Origin: Candidatus Levyibacteriota bacterium
GTDB taxonomy: Bacteria; Patescibacteriota; Microgenomatia; Levybacterales; UBA12049
Length of the DNA stretch: 64,000 bases
Assembly: GCA_027334565.1 (NCBI GenBank)
Contig: DAHWUP010000002.1
Location: forward strand, 82,240 to 146,239
Direction: 5' to 3'
The position numbers and the translations under genes were made by a program. Positions 47,880-58,034 of this stretch are shown piece after piece. Within the stretch, counting starts at the first letter, position 1, and each line of letters begins with the position of its first letter. The notes below the pieces were generated by a model, which saw only the letters and a program-made list of their open reading frames with translations, ran no database searches and was not told the DNA's origin.

Positions 47880-48866
47880 ATGCTGAACAAAGATTTGAAG
47901 CTGAATGAGAAGCTGTTTGAGCAAAATGTCGAACTAAAACCGGTCCGCGACGGTTTTGGGGAAGCTTTGCTTTATTTGGGCGAAAAAAATCCGGACGTGG
48001 TAGTTTTGACCGCAGACCTTAAAGAAAGCACACGAACCGAAAAATTTGCCGAAAAATTTCCGGAAAGATTTTTCGAGGTAGGTGTGGCCGAACAGAATAT
48101 GGCGGCTATCGCGGCCGGGCTTGGCGTAAGTGGCAAAATACCCTTTATAGCTTCGTATGCGGTATTCTCTCCCGGAAAAAATTGGGAAACTATAAGAACT
48201 ACTATTGTATACAATAAGGCTAATGTTAAAATCGCCGGGCATCATGCGGGAATAATTACAGGAGCAGACGGTGTAACCCATCAGGCAACAGAAGATTTAA
48301 GTATAACCAGATGCTTACCTGGTCTTACGATATTTTCTCCCTGTGATGCGGTTGAAGCTAAAAAGGCGACGATCGAATCGACTAGCATCGACGGCCCGGT
48401 TTACTTAAGACTTTCCCGCGAGAAAACGCCTGTTATTACAACCGACGACACGCCTTTTGATATAAACAAAATCCAGTTGTTTTGGTCAAGTGAAGATCCG
48501 AAAGTAACAATTTTTGCCACCGGACATATGCTTTACTATGCACTTTTGGCGGCAAAAAACTTGGAAGCCGAAGGTATAAATGTTCTGGTTGCCAACGTCT
48601 CGACCATTAAACCCGAAGACGCGACTACTATTGTCGATTTGTCTAAAAAAACCGGGAAAGTAGTTTCGGTCGAAGATCACCAGGTAAAAGGAGGCTTGGG
48701 GTCGCTGATAGCGGAGGTACTGGCAAAAAATACACCGATGCCGATGGAATTCGTCGGCCTTCAAGACACTTTTGCCGAATCCGGAGAACCTAAAGAGTTG
48801 ATCGTTAAATATAACATGGACGAAAAGGCTATAGGTGAGGCCGCAAAAAAGGTTATTGGAAGATAG
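47880..48866 (+). CDS. Transketolase, C-terminal subunit
   Basis: ADL..ST, GVAEQN, G.DG.THQ..ED, GPVYLR, EDH...GGLG. Confidence 0.95.
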   Translation: MLNKDLKLNEKLFEQNVELKPVRDGFGEALLYLGEKNPDVVVLTADLKESTRTEKFAEKFPERFFEVGVAEQNMAAIAAGLGVSGKIPFIASYAVFSPGKNWETIRTTIVYNKANVKIAGHHAGIITGADGVTHQATEDLSITRCLPGLTIFSPCDAVEAKKATIESTSIDGPVYLRLSREKTPVITTDDTPFDINKIQLFWSSEDPKVTIFATGHMLYYALLAAKNLEAEGINVLVANVSTIKPEDATTIVDLSKKTGKVVSVEDHQVKGGLGSLIAEVLAKNTPMPMEFVGLQDTFAESGEPKELIVKYNMDEKAIGEAAKKVIGR

Positions 48867-48887
48867 TCTCACACTATTCTTTGAGAG

Positions 48888-49751
48888 TTAAATCGAATTG
48901 AATAACTTCAACCTGTTTTCTACTACCGTACCTATCATGGAAACCGCGGACGGCAAAATTTTGTAAGGCGCTACTTCATCGGGGTGTTCCTGCAACCCTT
49001 TTTCAAGACCTTTTCGCCAGGCGACACGGAGTTCCGTACTGACATGAACTATGGTCATTCCTGCCTGTATTGCTGCAACAAAATCCTCATCAGCCGTTCC
49101 CGATCCGCCGTGCAAAGTCATATACCTTCCTGTTTCTTCCTTAATCCTCCTGATCAAATCGATCTGTAGATGTTTTTTGGCATCGCCCGTAACCATCGAT
49201 TTTAAAAGTCCGTGCATGTTACCTACCGCCGGCGCAAGCACTTCTACTCCAGTCTCCTGTACGAATCGTTTTGCATCTTCGGGATCGGTCAACTGTAGCC
49301 CTTCGGGTGCTTTTTCCATAACTTCCGACGAGGTGCCGATAAACCCGGTTTCCCCCTCCATAATCACGTTTGGATTAATCGATTTTGCCAAGCGGACGGC
49401 TTCTTTGGTATTCTTGATATTTTCGTCTAAAGTTAGGTTCGAATTGTCGAATATGATTTCGTCAAATCCGGCCTCAGCCGCCTCTTTAACTTTTTCCAGA
49501 GAATGAGTGTGATCCGCATTTAAAAAAATAGGATAATTATATTCATTTCTTAGGCTTGAAACCCAAGCTGCTACCTGGGCTACTCCGATAAATTCCCTCT
49601 CGCCCTCGGAAACACCGATGAGAACGGGCAGTTCCAATTTTCTTGCGGATTCGAAAACAGCCTTTAGGGCTGCGATCTCGGAGATATTAAAATGGCCTAT
49701 TGCCACCTTTTTTTGATCTGCTTCTTTAAGATATTCCAATAAACTTTTCAT
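48888..49751 (-). CDS. fba: Class II fructose-bisphosphate aldolase
   Basis: GHFN, ADH, E.E.G.IG, AVGNMHG, LHGGSG. Confidence 0.93.
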   Translation of the reverse strand: MKSLLEYLKEADQKKVAIGHFNISEIAALKAVFESARKLELPVLIGVSEGEREFIGVAQVAAWVSSLRNEYNYPIFLNADHTHSLEKVKEAAEAGFDEIIFDNSNLTLDENIKNTKEAVRLAKSINPNVIMEGETGFIGTSSEVMEKAPEGLQLTDPEDAKRFVQETGVEVLAPAVGNMHGLLKSMVTGDAKKHLQIDLIRRIKEETGRYMTLHGGSGTADEDFVAAIQAGMTIVHVSTELRVAWRKGLEKGLQEHPDEVAPYKILPSAVSMIGTVVENRLKLFNSI

Positions 49752-49791
49752 ATTGTTGGAGGTAAAATTGCAGAAAGTTATGAATTATTTA

Positions 49792-49962
49792 TTAATATGG
49801 TTTTGCGCCGAACATCTGCCACACGATCCATAAGGCTGCAACAAGCACAAAGACCGAAAATAATAAAAATGTCAAAGAATCAAATTTAATTCCATAGGTT
49901 TCTGCCCGATAAAGATTTTTTCTTTGTTTATGCGCAGAACTTTTTGTTCTTTTCTTGGCCAT
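49792..49962 (-). CDS. Small 56-aa single-TM protein with basic N-terminus (not in ORF track)
   Basis: MAKKRTKSSAHKQRKNLYRAETYGIKFDSLTFLLFSVFVLVAALWIVWQMFGAKPY; SD AAAGGAGGTG. Confidence 0.75.
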   Translation of the reverse strand: MAKKRTKSSAHKQRKNLYRAETYGIKFDSLTFLLFSVFVLVAALWIVWQMFGAKPY

Positions 49963-50191
49963 TTTTAACACCTCCTTTTATATTGTCATACTTATTATGC
50001 TCATACGAAAACCTCAGTTGTCAATAAGAATTTAACTTTTTGAAGCAAATTATATAACTATAAGATTATATTTGGGCAGGCGTAAGTTAAACGGGCGATA
50101 AAATTTGCTCCGACTTCAGTCGCTTATTCGAACAACAGAACAATAAATTCCCCTTGACAATAACCTATAATTTAACTTAATCTTATAATAT

Positions 50192-50608
50192 ATGTCCGAA
50201 ATTGGTACAGAAGTCGCCCAGCCTGATATTACTTCTGCCGAACAACAATCCAAAGAGGGATTCATCGATAGGGCAAAATCATTTATTCGAAAAGCGCTCA
50301 GCAGGAGTAAAACTTCTGATAACCGTTTTAATCAGGCACAACCGGTTCCGTCCGACACCGATAGGATTACGGCAATTACCGAACAACTTAAATATCCCGA
50401 TTATAAGGGACCGGGAATTGCCAAAAAGGATTATATTGCCACCGGACAAAACCCGTTGCCAACCGGCGAAAAGTTAGCAGCCGAGGATAGCCTGCCGCTC
50501 ACACTTCCGCAAAAAGGTGAAGAAGGTTATGTTCCTTCGGCTCAAACCGGCGAGGAAATTCCGCAGGTGCCCGAACAACCGGAAGAAACAATCGAACAGG
50601 TAGCTTAA
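50192..50608 (+). CDS. Hypothetical, largely disordered protein
   Basis: P/E/Q-rich frame; TTGACA upstream. Confidence 0.65.
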   Translation: MSEIGTEVAQPDITSAEQQSKEGFIDRAKSFIRKALSRSKTSDNRFNQAQPVPSDTDRITAITEQLKYPDYKGPGIAKKDYIATGQNPLPTGEKLAAEDSLPLTLPQKGEEGYVPSAQTGEEIPQVPEQPEETIEQVA

Positions 50609-50613
50609 ATCAT

Positions 50614-50781
50614 ATGTTAGAAAATATCGCGAATATCCTAAATTTAAAACCGTCGACGGTCAAGAAGGCCGAATTACCACAAAATACATCTCGGGATTTG
50701 CCACTTACCGTTTCTCCAACACCGGATGACATAAGACAACAAAGGAATAAATTGGCTGCCAGGATGATACCGAGGACATAA
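50614..50781 (+). CDS. Possible small 55-aa protein (not in ORF track)
   Basis: ATG 5 nt after previous stop; MLENIANILNLKPS...RMIPRT fills the gap to cysS. Confidence 0.4.
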   Translation: MLENIANILNLKPSTVKKAELPQNTSRDLPLTVSPTPDDIRQQRNKLAARMIPRT

Positions 50782-50791
50782 ATAGAGGAAC

Positions 50792-52120
50792 TTAATTATC
50801 CTCTACCCTATAACCCATTTTTATGACTTTCTCCCTAATTTTATCCGCTTCGGCATAATTCTTTTCTTTCCTTAAGATATCACGTTTGATTAAAAGCTTT
50901 TTAATATCGTCCGGCATTTCTTTTTCTCTGAACTTTAAAATTTTACCAGAATCTTTAAGCGATAATCCCAATATCTCATCGAATTTGAAAATAGATTCCG
51001 ACTTTGCCGAGGTAGGATTATCGGAATTTACGACCTGCCAAACAACAGCTAAGGCTTGCGGCATATTCAAATCGTCATTGACGGCTGTCTGGAAATCGTT
51101 TTCAAGTTCTGCGCAACCGATCCTAGGATTATCAAAACCTGAGATTTCCCTTCTTAACTTATTTAATGCGTTTTGTGCGGCTTCCAACGCTTCCCAGGTA
51201 AAATTCATTTCCTGTCTATAGTGGGTTTGTAAAAAAAGATAACGTAAGGCAAGGGGGTCGAATCCCTTTTTCTCAATATCGGAAAGTGTATAAAAGTTAT
51301 TAAGACTTTTACTCATTTTTTCTCCCTCAACGAGCATATGGGCACCGTGAACCCAATATTTCACGAACGGCTTTCTCCCGGTTTTGGCTTCACTTTGGGC
51401 TATTTCGTTTTCATGGTGGGGAAAAATTAAGTCAACCCCGCCTGTATGAATATCGATTTCGTCTCCAAGGACTGACTGCGACATGACCGAACATTCAATA
51501 TGCCAACCCGGCCTCCCCCATCCTAAATCCGTTTGAAAACTACCCGGTGCTTTCTCGGGCACCGATTTCCAGAGTGCAAAATCCTGGACATCGCTTTTCG
51601 TATATTCATCGGACAAGGTTCTCGTTCCGGTTTTCAGTTCCCGTTTCTTAACGCCCGAAAGCTTTCCATAATCTCTAAATTTTGATATATCAAAATATAC
51701 CGACCCGTCTTTTTCCTTGTACGCATAACCCTTATCAAGCAGCGCTTTAATGTAATCAACCATCCTGGCGATGTATTCTGTTGCGAAAGGCCTGACCGTG
51801 GGAGGCTCAACGTTCAATTTATTAATATCGGTGAGGAAAAATTTCGTGTATTTATCCGATATTTCTTTTATGGTCTTTTTCTGTTCATTTGCCCTTTTGA
51901 TTATTTTATCGTCTATGTCAGTGACGTTTTGTGCCGATTTAACCTGATAACCGTTATATCTTAACGCTCTGATGAGAACATCCGAGAATACAAATGTACG
52001 TAAATTACCGATATGCATATAATCGTAAACCGTCGGTCCACAAGTGTAAGTTGTGACATTTTTATCTTGCGCTGGAACAATTTCCTCTTGTTGACGATGT
52101 AGGGTGTTATAAATTCTCAT
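50792..52120 (-). CDS. cysS: Cysteine--tRNA ligase
   Basis: CGPTVY, HIGN, DFALWK, GRPGWHIECS, FPHHENE, KMSKS. Confidence 0.98.
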   Translation of the reverse strand: MRIYNTLHRQQEEIVPAQDKNVTTYTCGPTVYDYMHIGNLRTFVFSDVLIRALRYNGYQVKSAQNVTDIDDKIIKRANEQKKTIKEISDKYTKFFLTDINKLNVEPPTVRPFATEYIARMVDYIKALLDKGYAYKEKDGSVYFDISKFRDYGKLSGVKKRELKTGTRTLSDEYTKSDVQDFALWKSVPEKAPGSFQTDLGWGRPGWHIECSVMSQSVLGDEIDIHTGGVDLIFPHHENEIAQSEAKTGRKPFVKYWVHGAHMLVEGEKMSKSLNNFYTLSDIEKKGFDPLALRYLFLQTHYRQEMNFTWEALEAAQNALNKLRREISGFDNPRIGCAELENDFQTAVNDDLNMPQALAVVWQVVNSDNPTSAKSESIFKFDEILGLSLKDSGKILKFREKEMPDDIKKLLIKRDILRKEKNYAEADKIREKVIKMGYRVEDN

Positions 52121-52677
52121 CCCGACACTCCCCTGTTTACCTCAACGCTGGTTTGCGCCCTTTGAACGGCAAGTGGCAGCTTTTTTTCCTCTTTCTTATG
52201 CTCAAGCTCAGCCATCTTCTTCTGTTCTTCCTCTTGAGCTTGAACATCTGCGGGGCGTTCCTGTTTTTTGTGTTCGTAGGCAAAGAGCGGGTCGTAATAA
52301 ACCCGTTCGTGTAACTCTTGCCTTATTTTAAGAAGTTTCTGCTGCGTTTCGTATTCCTCCTGGGTTTGGGGTTTAGGGGTTTGTGGAGCCTGAGTCGAAG
52401 GTGCATAATAGTCCTTTACCATTTCCGCTGTTTCTTCATTTTGTAAATTCTGCGCCGCTACTGCTTCGTTAGGTAACTGTCCCTGAGCTTGGACCGCCGG
52501 TTGATTTTGATTCTGATTCGTCACCGTTGTGTGATTATTCTCATTCTTGATCCCTATCTGTCCTGAAACCGCATTAGTGGTGTCCGAAACCGCGGATTTG
52601 ACCGTATTTAAGGCGGTCTGCTGACCTTGTTCAAGAATCTCACCAAACTGCGGCAACGCCCCCGATATCGGGTCCAT
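52117..52677 (-). CDS. Hypothetical Q/E-rich protein in recR-cysS operon
   Basis: Start and stop overlaps with both neighbours. Confidence 0.8.
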   Translation of the reverse strand: MDPISGALPQFGEILEQGQQTALNTVKSAVSDTTNAVSGQIGIKNENNHTTVTNQNQNQPAVQAQGQLPNEAVAAQNLQNEETAEMVKDYYAPSTQAPQTPKPQTQEEYETQQKLLKIRQELHERVYYDPLFAYEHKKQERPADVQAQEEEQKKMAELEHKKEEKKLPLAVQRAQTSVEVNRGVSG

Positions 52678-53285
52678 CAGTATTCACTCCTTCCCTCCAT
52701 AGCTCGCTGAAGGGTTATATCATCAGCATACTCCAAATCTGCCCCGACGGGAAGACCTCTGCCTATGCGGGTAATCTTGATTTCGGAATTGATAACTTTT
52801 ATCTGTTTGGAAATATACATCGCGGTAGCCTCGCCTTCCATCGTTGGGTTGGTCGCCAGAATCAGCTCTTCTATCTTGGAATTCGGATTTCTAACCCTTG
52901 CCAAAAGTTGTGGAATATAAATTTCGTCCGGGCCTATGTTTTCAAGCGGGTCAATTTTGCCGTGTAATACATGATATATCCCCTTGTATCCCCGGCCTTT
53001 TTCGAGTGCCAAAACGTCGAGCGGTTGCTCGACAACACACACTCTTGATTCGTCACGTGTTTTATCGGAACAGATACTGCATGGATCACGGTCGTCAATC
53101 ATAAAGCAAATCGAGCATATGCTGGTACCTTTCTTAAGGTTTAAAAGGCTCTTGGCAAAATTATCCAGTTCGCTTTGCGGAACGTGCAACAGATAAAAAG
53201 TCAATCTTTGTGCGGTTTTTGGACCGATTCCCGGAAGTTTTTCAAACGACTCGATTAGGTTTTGGATCGCCTTAGGTATTGTCAT
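52677..53285 (-). CDS. recR: Recombination protein RecR
   Basis: LPGIGPKTAQRL, C4 Zn finger, TOPRIM ATNPTMEGEATA. Confidence 0.98.
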   Translation of the reverse strand: MTIPKAIQNLIESFEKLPGIGPKTAQRLTFYLLHVPQSELDNFAKSLLNLKKGTSICSICFMIDDRDPCSICSDKTRDESRVCVVEQPLDVLALEKGRGYKGIYHVLHGKIDPLENIGPDEIYIPQLLARVRNPNSKIEELILATNPTMEGEATAMYISKQIKVINSEIKITRIGRGLPVGADLEYADDITLQRAMEGRSEY

Positions 53286-53287
53286 AT

Positions 53288-54187
53288 TCAGGATTTTAAG
53301 GCTTTGGCGGCCGTTTCCGCAATAGACAAAACCTCAAGCTTGGGAAATGATTTGAAGTTCGGAATATCGATGGTATCCGATACTACCACCCGCTCAAGTC
53401 TTGAGTGTTGTAAAAGTTTACCGGCATCCCTGGCTAAAACCGCATGGGTTGCAAAAGCAAATACATTTAAGGCTCCGTTTTGCAAAAGCAAATCGGCGGC
53501 CTCGACCATAGTCTGACCGGTAGAAATCATATCGTCGACGATAACGGCGGTTTTACCCCTTACATCACCGTCAAGCCCCGAATCATTTATTGCCCCGCTT
53601 GACAGGTCTCTGTTTTTGGTGACGGTCGCAAAAGGAATATTTGACAACAAATCAGAAATTTCCTCAATCCGCCTGATTCCACCCATATCCGGTGAAACCA
53701 AAACCAATTCGTCCAACTTAAAATCCTTTTTGATTTTTTCGGCAAAAACAGGTAATGCCGATAAGTGGTGCATAGGCACCGGAAAAACATCCGGGATCTT
53801 CGGCGAGTGAAGGTCGAAAGAAAAGGCTTCGGTCATCCCGACGACTTTCAGGATATTGGCGATTACTTCCAAAGAGACCGCTTCACCGTCGCGAAAAATA
53901 TGGTCTTGTCTTTGATAACCAAGATACGGAATCAATGCCTTAACGGTTTTTGCACCGGATCTTCTCAGTGCGTCGATCATAATAAAAAGCTCCATGTAGT
54001 TTTCATCCGGCGGAATGCTTGCCGACTGCACCACCACGCAGTCCTCATCTAATACTTTTTCCTGGATTCTGATCCTTTTTTCTCCGTCCGGGAACATAAA
54101 AATCTCGACCGGAGACAATTCGATATTCAGTCCGGCCGCAACTTTAACCGCCAATATTTTATTGGAATTACCGCTAAAGATCTTCAT
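53288..54187 (-). CDS. prs: Ribose-phosphate pyrophosphokinase
   Basis: FPDGE, PYLGYQRQD, DLH, SPDMGG, IVDDMISTG.T. Confidence 0.97.
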   Translation of the reverse strand: MKIFSGNSNKILAVKVAAGLNIELSPVEIFMFPDGEKRIRIQEKVLDEDCVVVQSASIPPDENYMELFIMIDALRRSGAKTVKALIPYLGYQRQDHIFRDGEAVSLEVIANILKVVGMTEAFSFDLHSPKIPDVFPVPMHHLSALPVFAEKIKKDFKLDELVLVSPDMGGIRRIEEISDLLSNIPFATVTKNRDLSSGAINDSGLDGDVRGKTAVIVDDMISTGQTMVEAADLLLQNGALNVFAFATHAVLARDAGKLLQHSRLERVVVSDTIDIPNFKSFPKLEVLSIAETAAKALKS

Positions 54188-54236
54188 CAATCTATTCTAC
54201 TATTTTTGAAGATTGTGTGGCAAGAACAGAAGGAAA

Positions 54237-54521
54237 CTACTGATTTCCGCCTAAAAGTCCCGACAGTCCGCCTTGCATTGACGCTAATTTTCTGGCAGCT
54301 ACTTCCTGCGATTTCTTGATTGCTTCATTGACCGCGTCTTTAACATCGTTATCACCTCTTCCGTTCGTCTTAATGTCCTTGATTTTTTGATCTCCGGTGA
54401 TAATGATCTGGACGCCATGACTATCGACGTTAACTTCTTCCCCCTGCAGCTCTTTTTGAATTTTCATCGCCTGGTCTCGCATTTTTTTAAGCTCCCCCAG
54501 TTGTGCGAATGGATTATTCAT
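54237..54521 (-). CDS. YbaB/EbfC nucleoid-associated protein
   Basis: QAMKIQKEL, I.G.Q, DAVNEA; between dnaX and recR. Confidence 0.85.
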   Translation of the reverse strand: MNNPFAQLGELKKMRDQAMKIQKELQGEEVNVDSHGVQIIITGDQKIKDIKTNGRGDNDVKDAVNEAIKKSQEVAARKLASMQGGLSGLLGGNQ

Positions 54522-54524
54522 ATT

Positions 54525-55940
54525 TCAGTTCACCCCCTTTAATATTACCTCAATCCTTATGTTCTTCCCTGTAATTTTTTTTGTTGCCTCTTCCAATAAA
54601 TTAAGGTTCTTTTCTTCTTCTATCCTTTCCTTGTGAAATTTTGAAGATGCGATTATGACAAGTTTACCGTCTTTGATATCCTCTGCCGTACAACCGCGCA
54701 AAACCCCGGCAAATAGATTATTGTGGTTTTTGATCTCCTCAATCAATCTACTAAAAAAACCATTATTCGACAACTGCGTTGTGCCCGCAGAATTCTCTTT
54801 GCGAGTATCGGTGTGTTGTGACCGACCGGTAACTCGACCTGCATCATAAGTTTGAGTAGAATTATTCTCCTGAGCATCTTTGGAATCGGTGTTGTTTTCC
54901 TCCTCGCCTCCCCACTCGACAAGAGCTATTTCAAGCGGGGTCTGTGGTAAAACTGCATATTTGATCTCCGAATTCGCATCGGATAAAATTTCGAAAAGTT
55001 TTCTTATTTCACCCAGATTAAACAACGTTTCTCCTTTTTCCACACCTGCCTCCACCAACAGCATAAAATGCAGTTGTTCGATCAGCTCTTCGGTAAAATA
55101 TTTAAAATCCATCCCCTGTTTTTCCAGCTCCTGGCAAAGTCTGATACCGGCTTTAACGTCTTTCTGGGCAAAGGCCATAAGCATCTTCGAGACACTCATA
55201 CCTATCCCCAATATATGATATTTTTCATTTACCAGATCTTTGGTTATGGTTTTTTTACCGGAATATCCGTAAACCTCTTCCAAAATTTTCGCTCCGTCAC
55301 GAAAACTTCCGTCGGACAATGCGGCAATTTCTACTAAGGCGTCCTTATCGATTTTGATACCCTCGGCCTTAATAATTCGTTGCATCGACCTGACCAGTTC
55401 TTCACTCGTTGCTTTGGTAAAGTTGATCCTGAAACATCTTGAGGCGATCGTCGCCGGAACTTTTTGCGCTTCTGTCGTACACAGAATAAAAACTGCGTGG
55501 CCGGGCGGCTCCTCCAGGGTCTTTAACAATGCATTGAATGCTTCGGTGGTAAGCATATGAACCTCGTCGATGATATAAATTTTCTTGCCTGCTTTAAACG
55601 GCGCAAGTTTTATTTTCTCCCTCAAATCTCTTATTTCGTCGATGCCGCGGTTTGAAGCACCGTCGATTTCCAGAACATCGAGATTATTGCCGTTGGTGGT
55701 TGATACACACTGTTCGCATTTGTTGCAAGGTTCAACTTGAGTTTTGTCTTTCCTTCCTACGCAATTTATGACTTTGGCTACGATTCTGGCAGCGGAAGTT
55801 TTACCCAAACCCTTAGGACCGGTAAATAAGAATGCGTGTATCGAGCTCTTCTTGGAAAAAATAGACAGGAGGTTTTCCCTAACCGCCTCGTTATCGAGTT
55901 CCGATATTTTTTGGGGTCTGTACTTTCTGTAATAAACCAT
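54525..55940 (-). CDS. dnaX: DNA polymerase III subunit gamma/tau
   Basis: YRKYRP, GPKGLGKTS, EIDGASNRGID, IIDEVHML, LLKTLEEPP, SRC. Confidence 0.97.
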   Translation of the reverse strand: MVYYRKYRPQKISELDNEAVRENLLSIFSKKSSIHAFLFTGPKGLGKTSAARIVAKVINCVGRKDKTQVEPCNKCEQCVSTTNGNNLDVLEIDGASNRGIDEIRDLREKIKLAPFKAGKKIYIIDEVHMLTTEAFNALLKTLEEPPGHAVFILCTTEAQKVPATIASRCFRINFTKATSEELVRSMQRIIKAEGIKIDKDALVEIAALSDGSFRDGAKILEEVYGYSGKKTITKDLVNEKYHILGIGMSVSKMLMAFAQKDVKAGIRLCQELEKQGMDFKYFTEELIEQLHFMLLVEAGVEKGETLFNLGEIRKLFEILSDANSEIKYAVLPQTPLEIALVEWGGEEENNTDSKDAQENNSTQTYDAGRVTGRSQHTDTRKENSAGTTQLSNNGFFSRLIEEIKNHNNLFAGVLRGCTAEDIKDGKLVIIASSKFHKERIEEEKNLNLLEEATKKITGKNIRIEVILKGVN

Positions 55941-56050
55941 ACACGTCGCTTTCGTTCCGATTTTCAATCTCAAATTTACAAATTACAATTGATGTTTTAT
56001 TTCACAAATTGAAAAAACGGAAATTCACCGAAAATTGATAATCCTGACTT

Positions 56051-56437
56051 TCATTCGTGATGAATCCCGAGTAAGTGCATCAACCCGTGTTCCACGAGCT
56101 CGTCGACCTTATCGTCAACCAGCATTTCATCACGCGCCGCATCGTTTATCACCTGAGGGTAAGAGAGCACGATGTCACCCAAACGCAAAACTTCACTCGG
56201 AATGCCAAAAGCCTGACCCTCGGTTTGCGAAAAAGAGAGTATATTCCTTGTCTTGTCTTCCCCTTTATATTTTTTGCTTAAAGACCGCATTTTCCGGTCG
56301 CCGACAATCGCAATCGAGACCTCAACCGGCGCGTCGACATCATTCTTGCTGATGACATTTTCCACAACCTGTTTGATACGTTTCCTGTTAATCTTATATC
56401 TGCTTTCAACAAAGATTGGTACCTTTACTTTACTCAT
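56051..56437 (-). CDS. ybeY: rRNA maturation endoribonuclease YbeY
   Basis: ILSF, LGDI, HGLMHLLGIHH. Confidence 0.95.
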   Translation of the reverse strand: MSKVKVPIFVESRYKINRKRIKQVVENVISKNDVDAPVEVSIAIVGDRKMRSLSKKYKGEDKTRNILSFSQTEGQAFGIPSEVLRLGDIVLSYPQVINDAARDEMLVDDKVDELVEHGLMHLLGIHHE

Positions 56438-56440
56438 AAG

Positions 56441-56626
56441 CTATGCTGCCGGTATCCTTTTGGCCCTTCTTGCGTCCTCTGCCTTTTGCTTTCTCGCCAG
56501 TGAAGGCTTAAGATAGAACTCGCGCCTCTTGGCTTCCTGCAGGATACCTTCTGACAAAACTTTTCTTGAAAATTTTCTGATCAATGCCTCATCACTGTCT
56601 CCGGGCATTTTTTTCACTACTACCAT
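56441..56626 (-). CDS. rpsU: 30S ribosomal protein S21
   Basis: E.LIRKF.R.V...GIL....RREFY.KPS. Confidence 0.93.
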   Translation of the reverse strand: MVVVKKMPGDSDEALIRKFSRKVLSEGILQEAKRREFYLKPSLARKQKAEDARRAKRIPAA

Positions 56627-56641
56627 AATAAAACACCTCCT

Positions 56642-56977
56642 TTATAAATTTACCTTTTCGTATTTTCCCCATGGTCCCGTGATATGAATATGAAGATGGT
56701 CGATAATTTGAGCTCCCCCTCCATTCAATAACAACTTGAAACCTTTTTTATCCAGACCTTTCTTTTTGATTGTTTTTTGGATGATGCCGAAAACCTTAGC
56801 CATAAGCTTTGGATCGGTAAGTTCCATAAAATCCTTTAAATGTTTTTTGGGAACAACTAAAAAATGTAGATCTTTCGCAGGATTCAAATCCGGAAAAACC
56901 ATGACATCTTTATCCTCGTAATCGAATTCTTTTGCTATTTCGTGACTGGCAATTTTACAAAAAACACAGGATTTCAT
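56642..56977 (-). CDS. HIT-family nucleotide hydrolase
   Basis: CVFCKI, DLNP, HFLVVPKKH, HLHIH. Confidence 0.95.
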   Translation of the reverse strand: MKSCVFCKIASHEIAKEFDYEDKDVMVFPDLNPAKDLHFLVVPKKHLKDFMELTDPKLMAKVFGIIQKTIKKKGLDKKGFKLLLNGGGAQIIDHLHIHITGPWGKYEKVNL

Positions 56978-57004
56978 ATTAATCAATATTTCAAACCCGG
57001 TATT

Positions 57005-57904
57005 CTAAATCGTTGTTAATACATCTATTATAGCATTCAGACTCAATTTTGTCGGTTTCATCTTGGGATTATGCGTCGTGCCGTTCAAAAGCATTTTTTT
57101 GGAAATGTGCAAAAACCAGGTTGCGCCGGGATCGATTTTCCTAAGTTTTTCATATGCCAAAGTCAGGTCTACCCCTTTTTTGCCCGGATCGTCGGGACGA
57201 GCTTTGATCCTCACGTAACCTTTCCTGGGATCCCTTCTTACCACCACCATATAGCCTTTAAGCTGGGCAAGCTTAACGACACTGTCGTTTATCGTTTCAA
57301 GCCCTAATCCTTTCCCCCATCTGGTTTTAAATTCGATTCCGTTTTTGTCAATTTCCCTTTCCGCCCAGATCCTATTCTCAAAATCATGCAATAAAGCGTC
57401 CAGACAATCCGAAATAAAATCAACATAAAATTCATCCCGGTTAGGTTTTTCCAGTTTCAGTCCGTCCAATATGTTGGTTACTGAAAAATCCTGGTAATCT
57501 GCGAGTGGGTCGGCCCTGAACACTTCCTTAAAATGATCGATGTCGGTAACATATTTTACCAACCTTTGTAGTGCCTCAAGCTTTTCCGGATTAATAGACG
57601 GATCGTTTTCTACTAAACCCCGCTTAACGAAATCGAAGGTCAATGAAGCTCCACAAACGGAATCGTCCGAGGTTTGATGATGGTCCAACGGTCCCATTCC
57701 CGTATCGACATGAATATATTCGTCATCGCCTTTTTTTTCTATTGCATAATCAAATCCCTGACCTTTTGGCAAAGGCAACAACCTTTCGCCGGACGGCACA
57801 AACCTGACGTTAGCTTTGTCCCATCCACCCAAAAACTTTCTCAAAAGCCATACGGATGTAATCGCGTCCATATCGGGCGCGTTATGAGCAACGATATATT
57901 TCAT
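57005..57904 (-). CDS. DHH/MYG1-like phosphoesterase-fold protein
   Basis: H..PD.DA, VDTG.G..DHHQ, WFLH. Confidence 0.65.
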   Translation of the reverse strand: MKYIVAHNAPDMDAITSVWLLRKFLGGWDKANVRFVPSGERLLPLPKGQGFDYAIEKKGDDEYIHVDTGMGPLDHHQTSDDSVCGASLTFDFVKRGLVENDPSINPEKLEALQRLVKYVTDIDHFKEVFRADPLADYQDFSVTNILDGLKLEKPNRDEFYVDFISDCLDALLHDFENRIWAEREIDKNGIEFKTRWGKGLGLETINDSVVKLAQLKGYMVVVRRDPRKGYVRIKARPDDPGKKGVDLTLAYEKLRKIDPGATWFLHISKKMLLNGTTHNPKMKPTKLSLNAIIDVLTTI

Positions 57905-58034
57905 TGTTCGTTTTGAGTCTGTATCAGCAGTTCTTTTAACCCGCTATAAATACAAGTCTTTTAGTATACGCTATTTTCAGGGCAAAAAAAAGGGCCGAAG
58001 ATTTGACAATGGTATTATTTTATAATTAAATGAA

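Noticed and set aside
55945-56050. AT-rich patch with short TTTCA/AAATT repeats upstream of dnaX, and the ORF-track N-terminal extension
   Set aside because: No clear periodic unit or fold; dnaX most plausibly starts at ATG 55940
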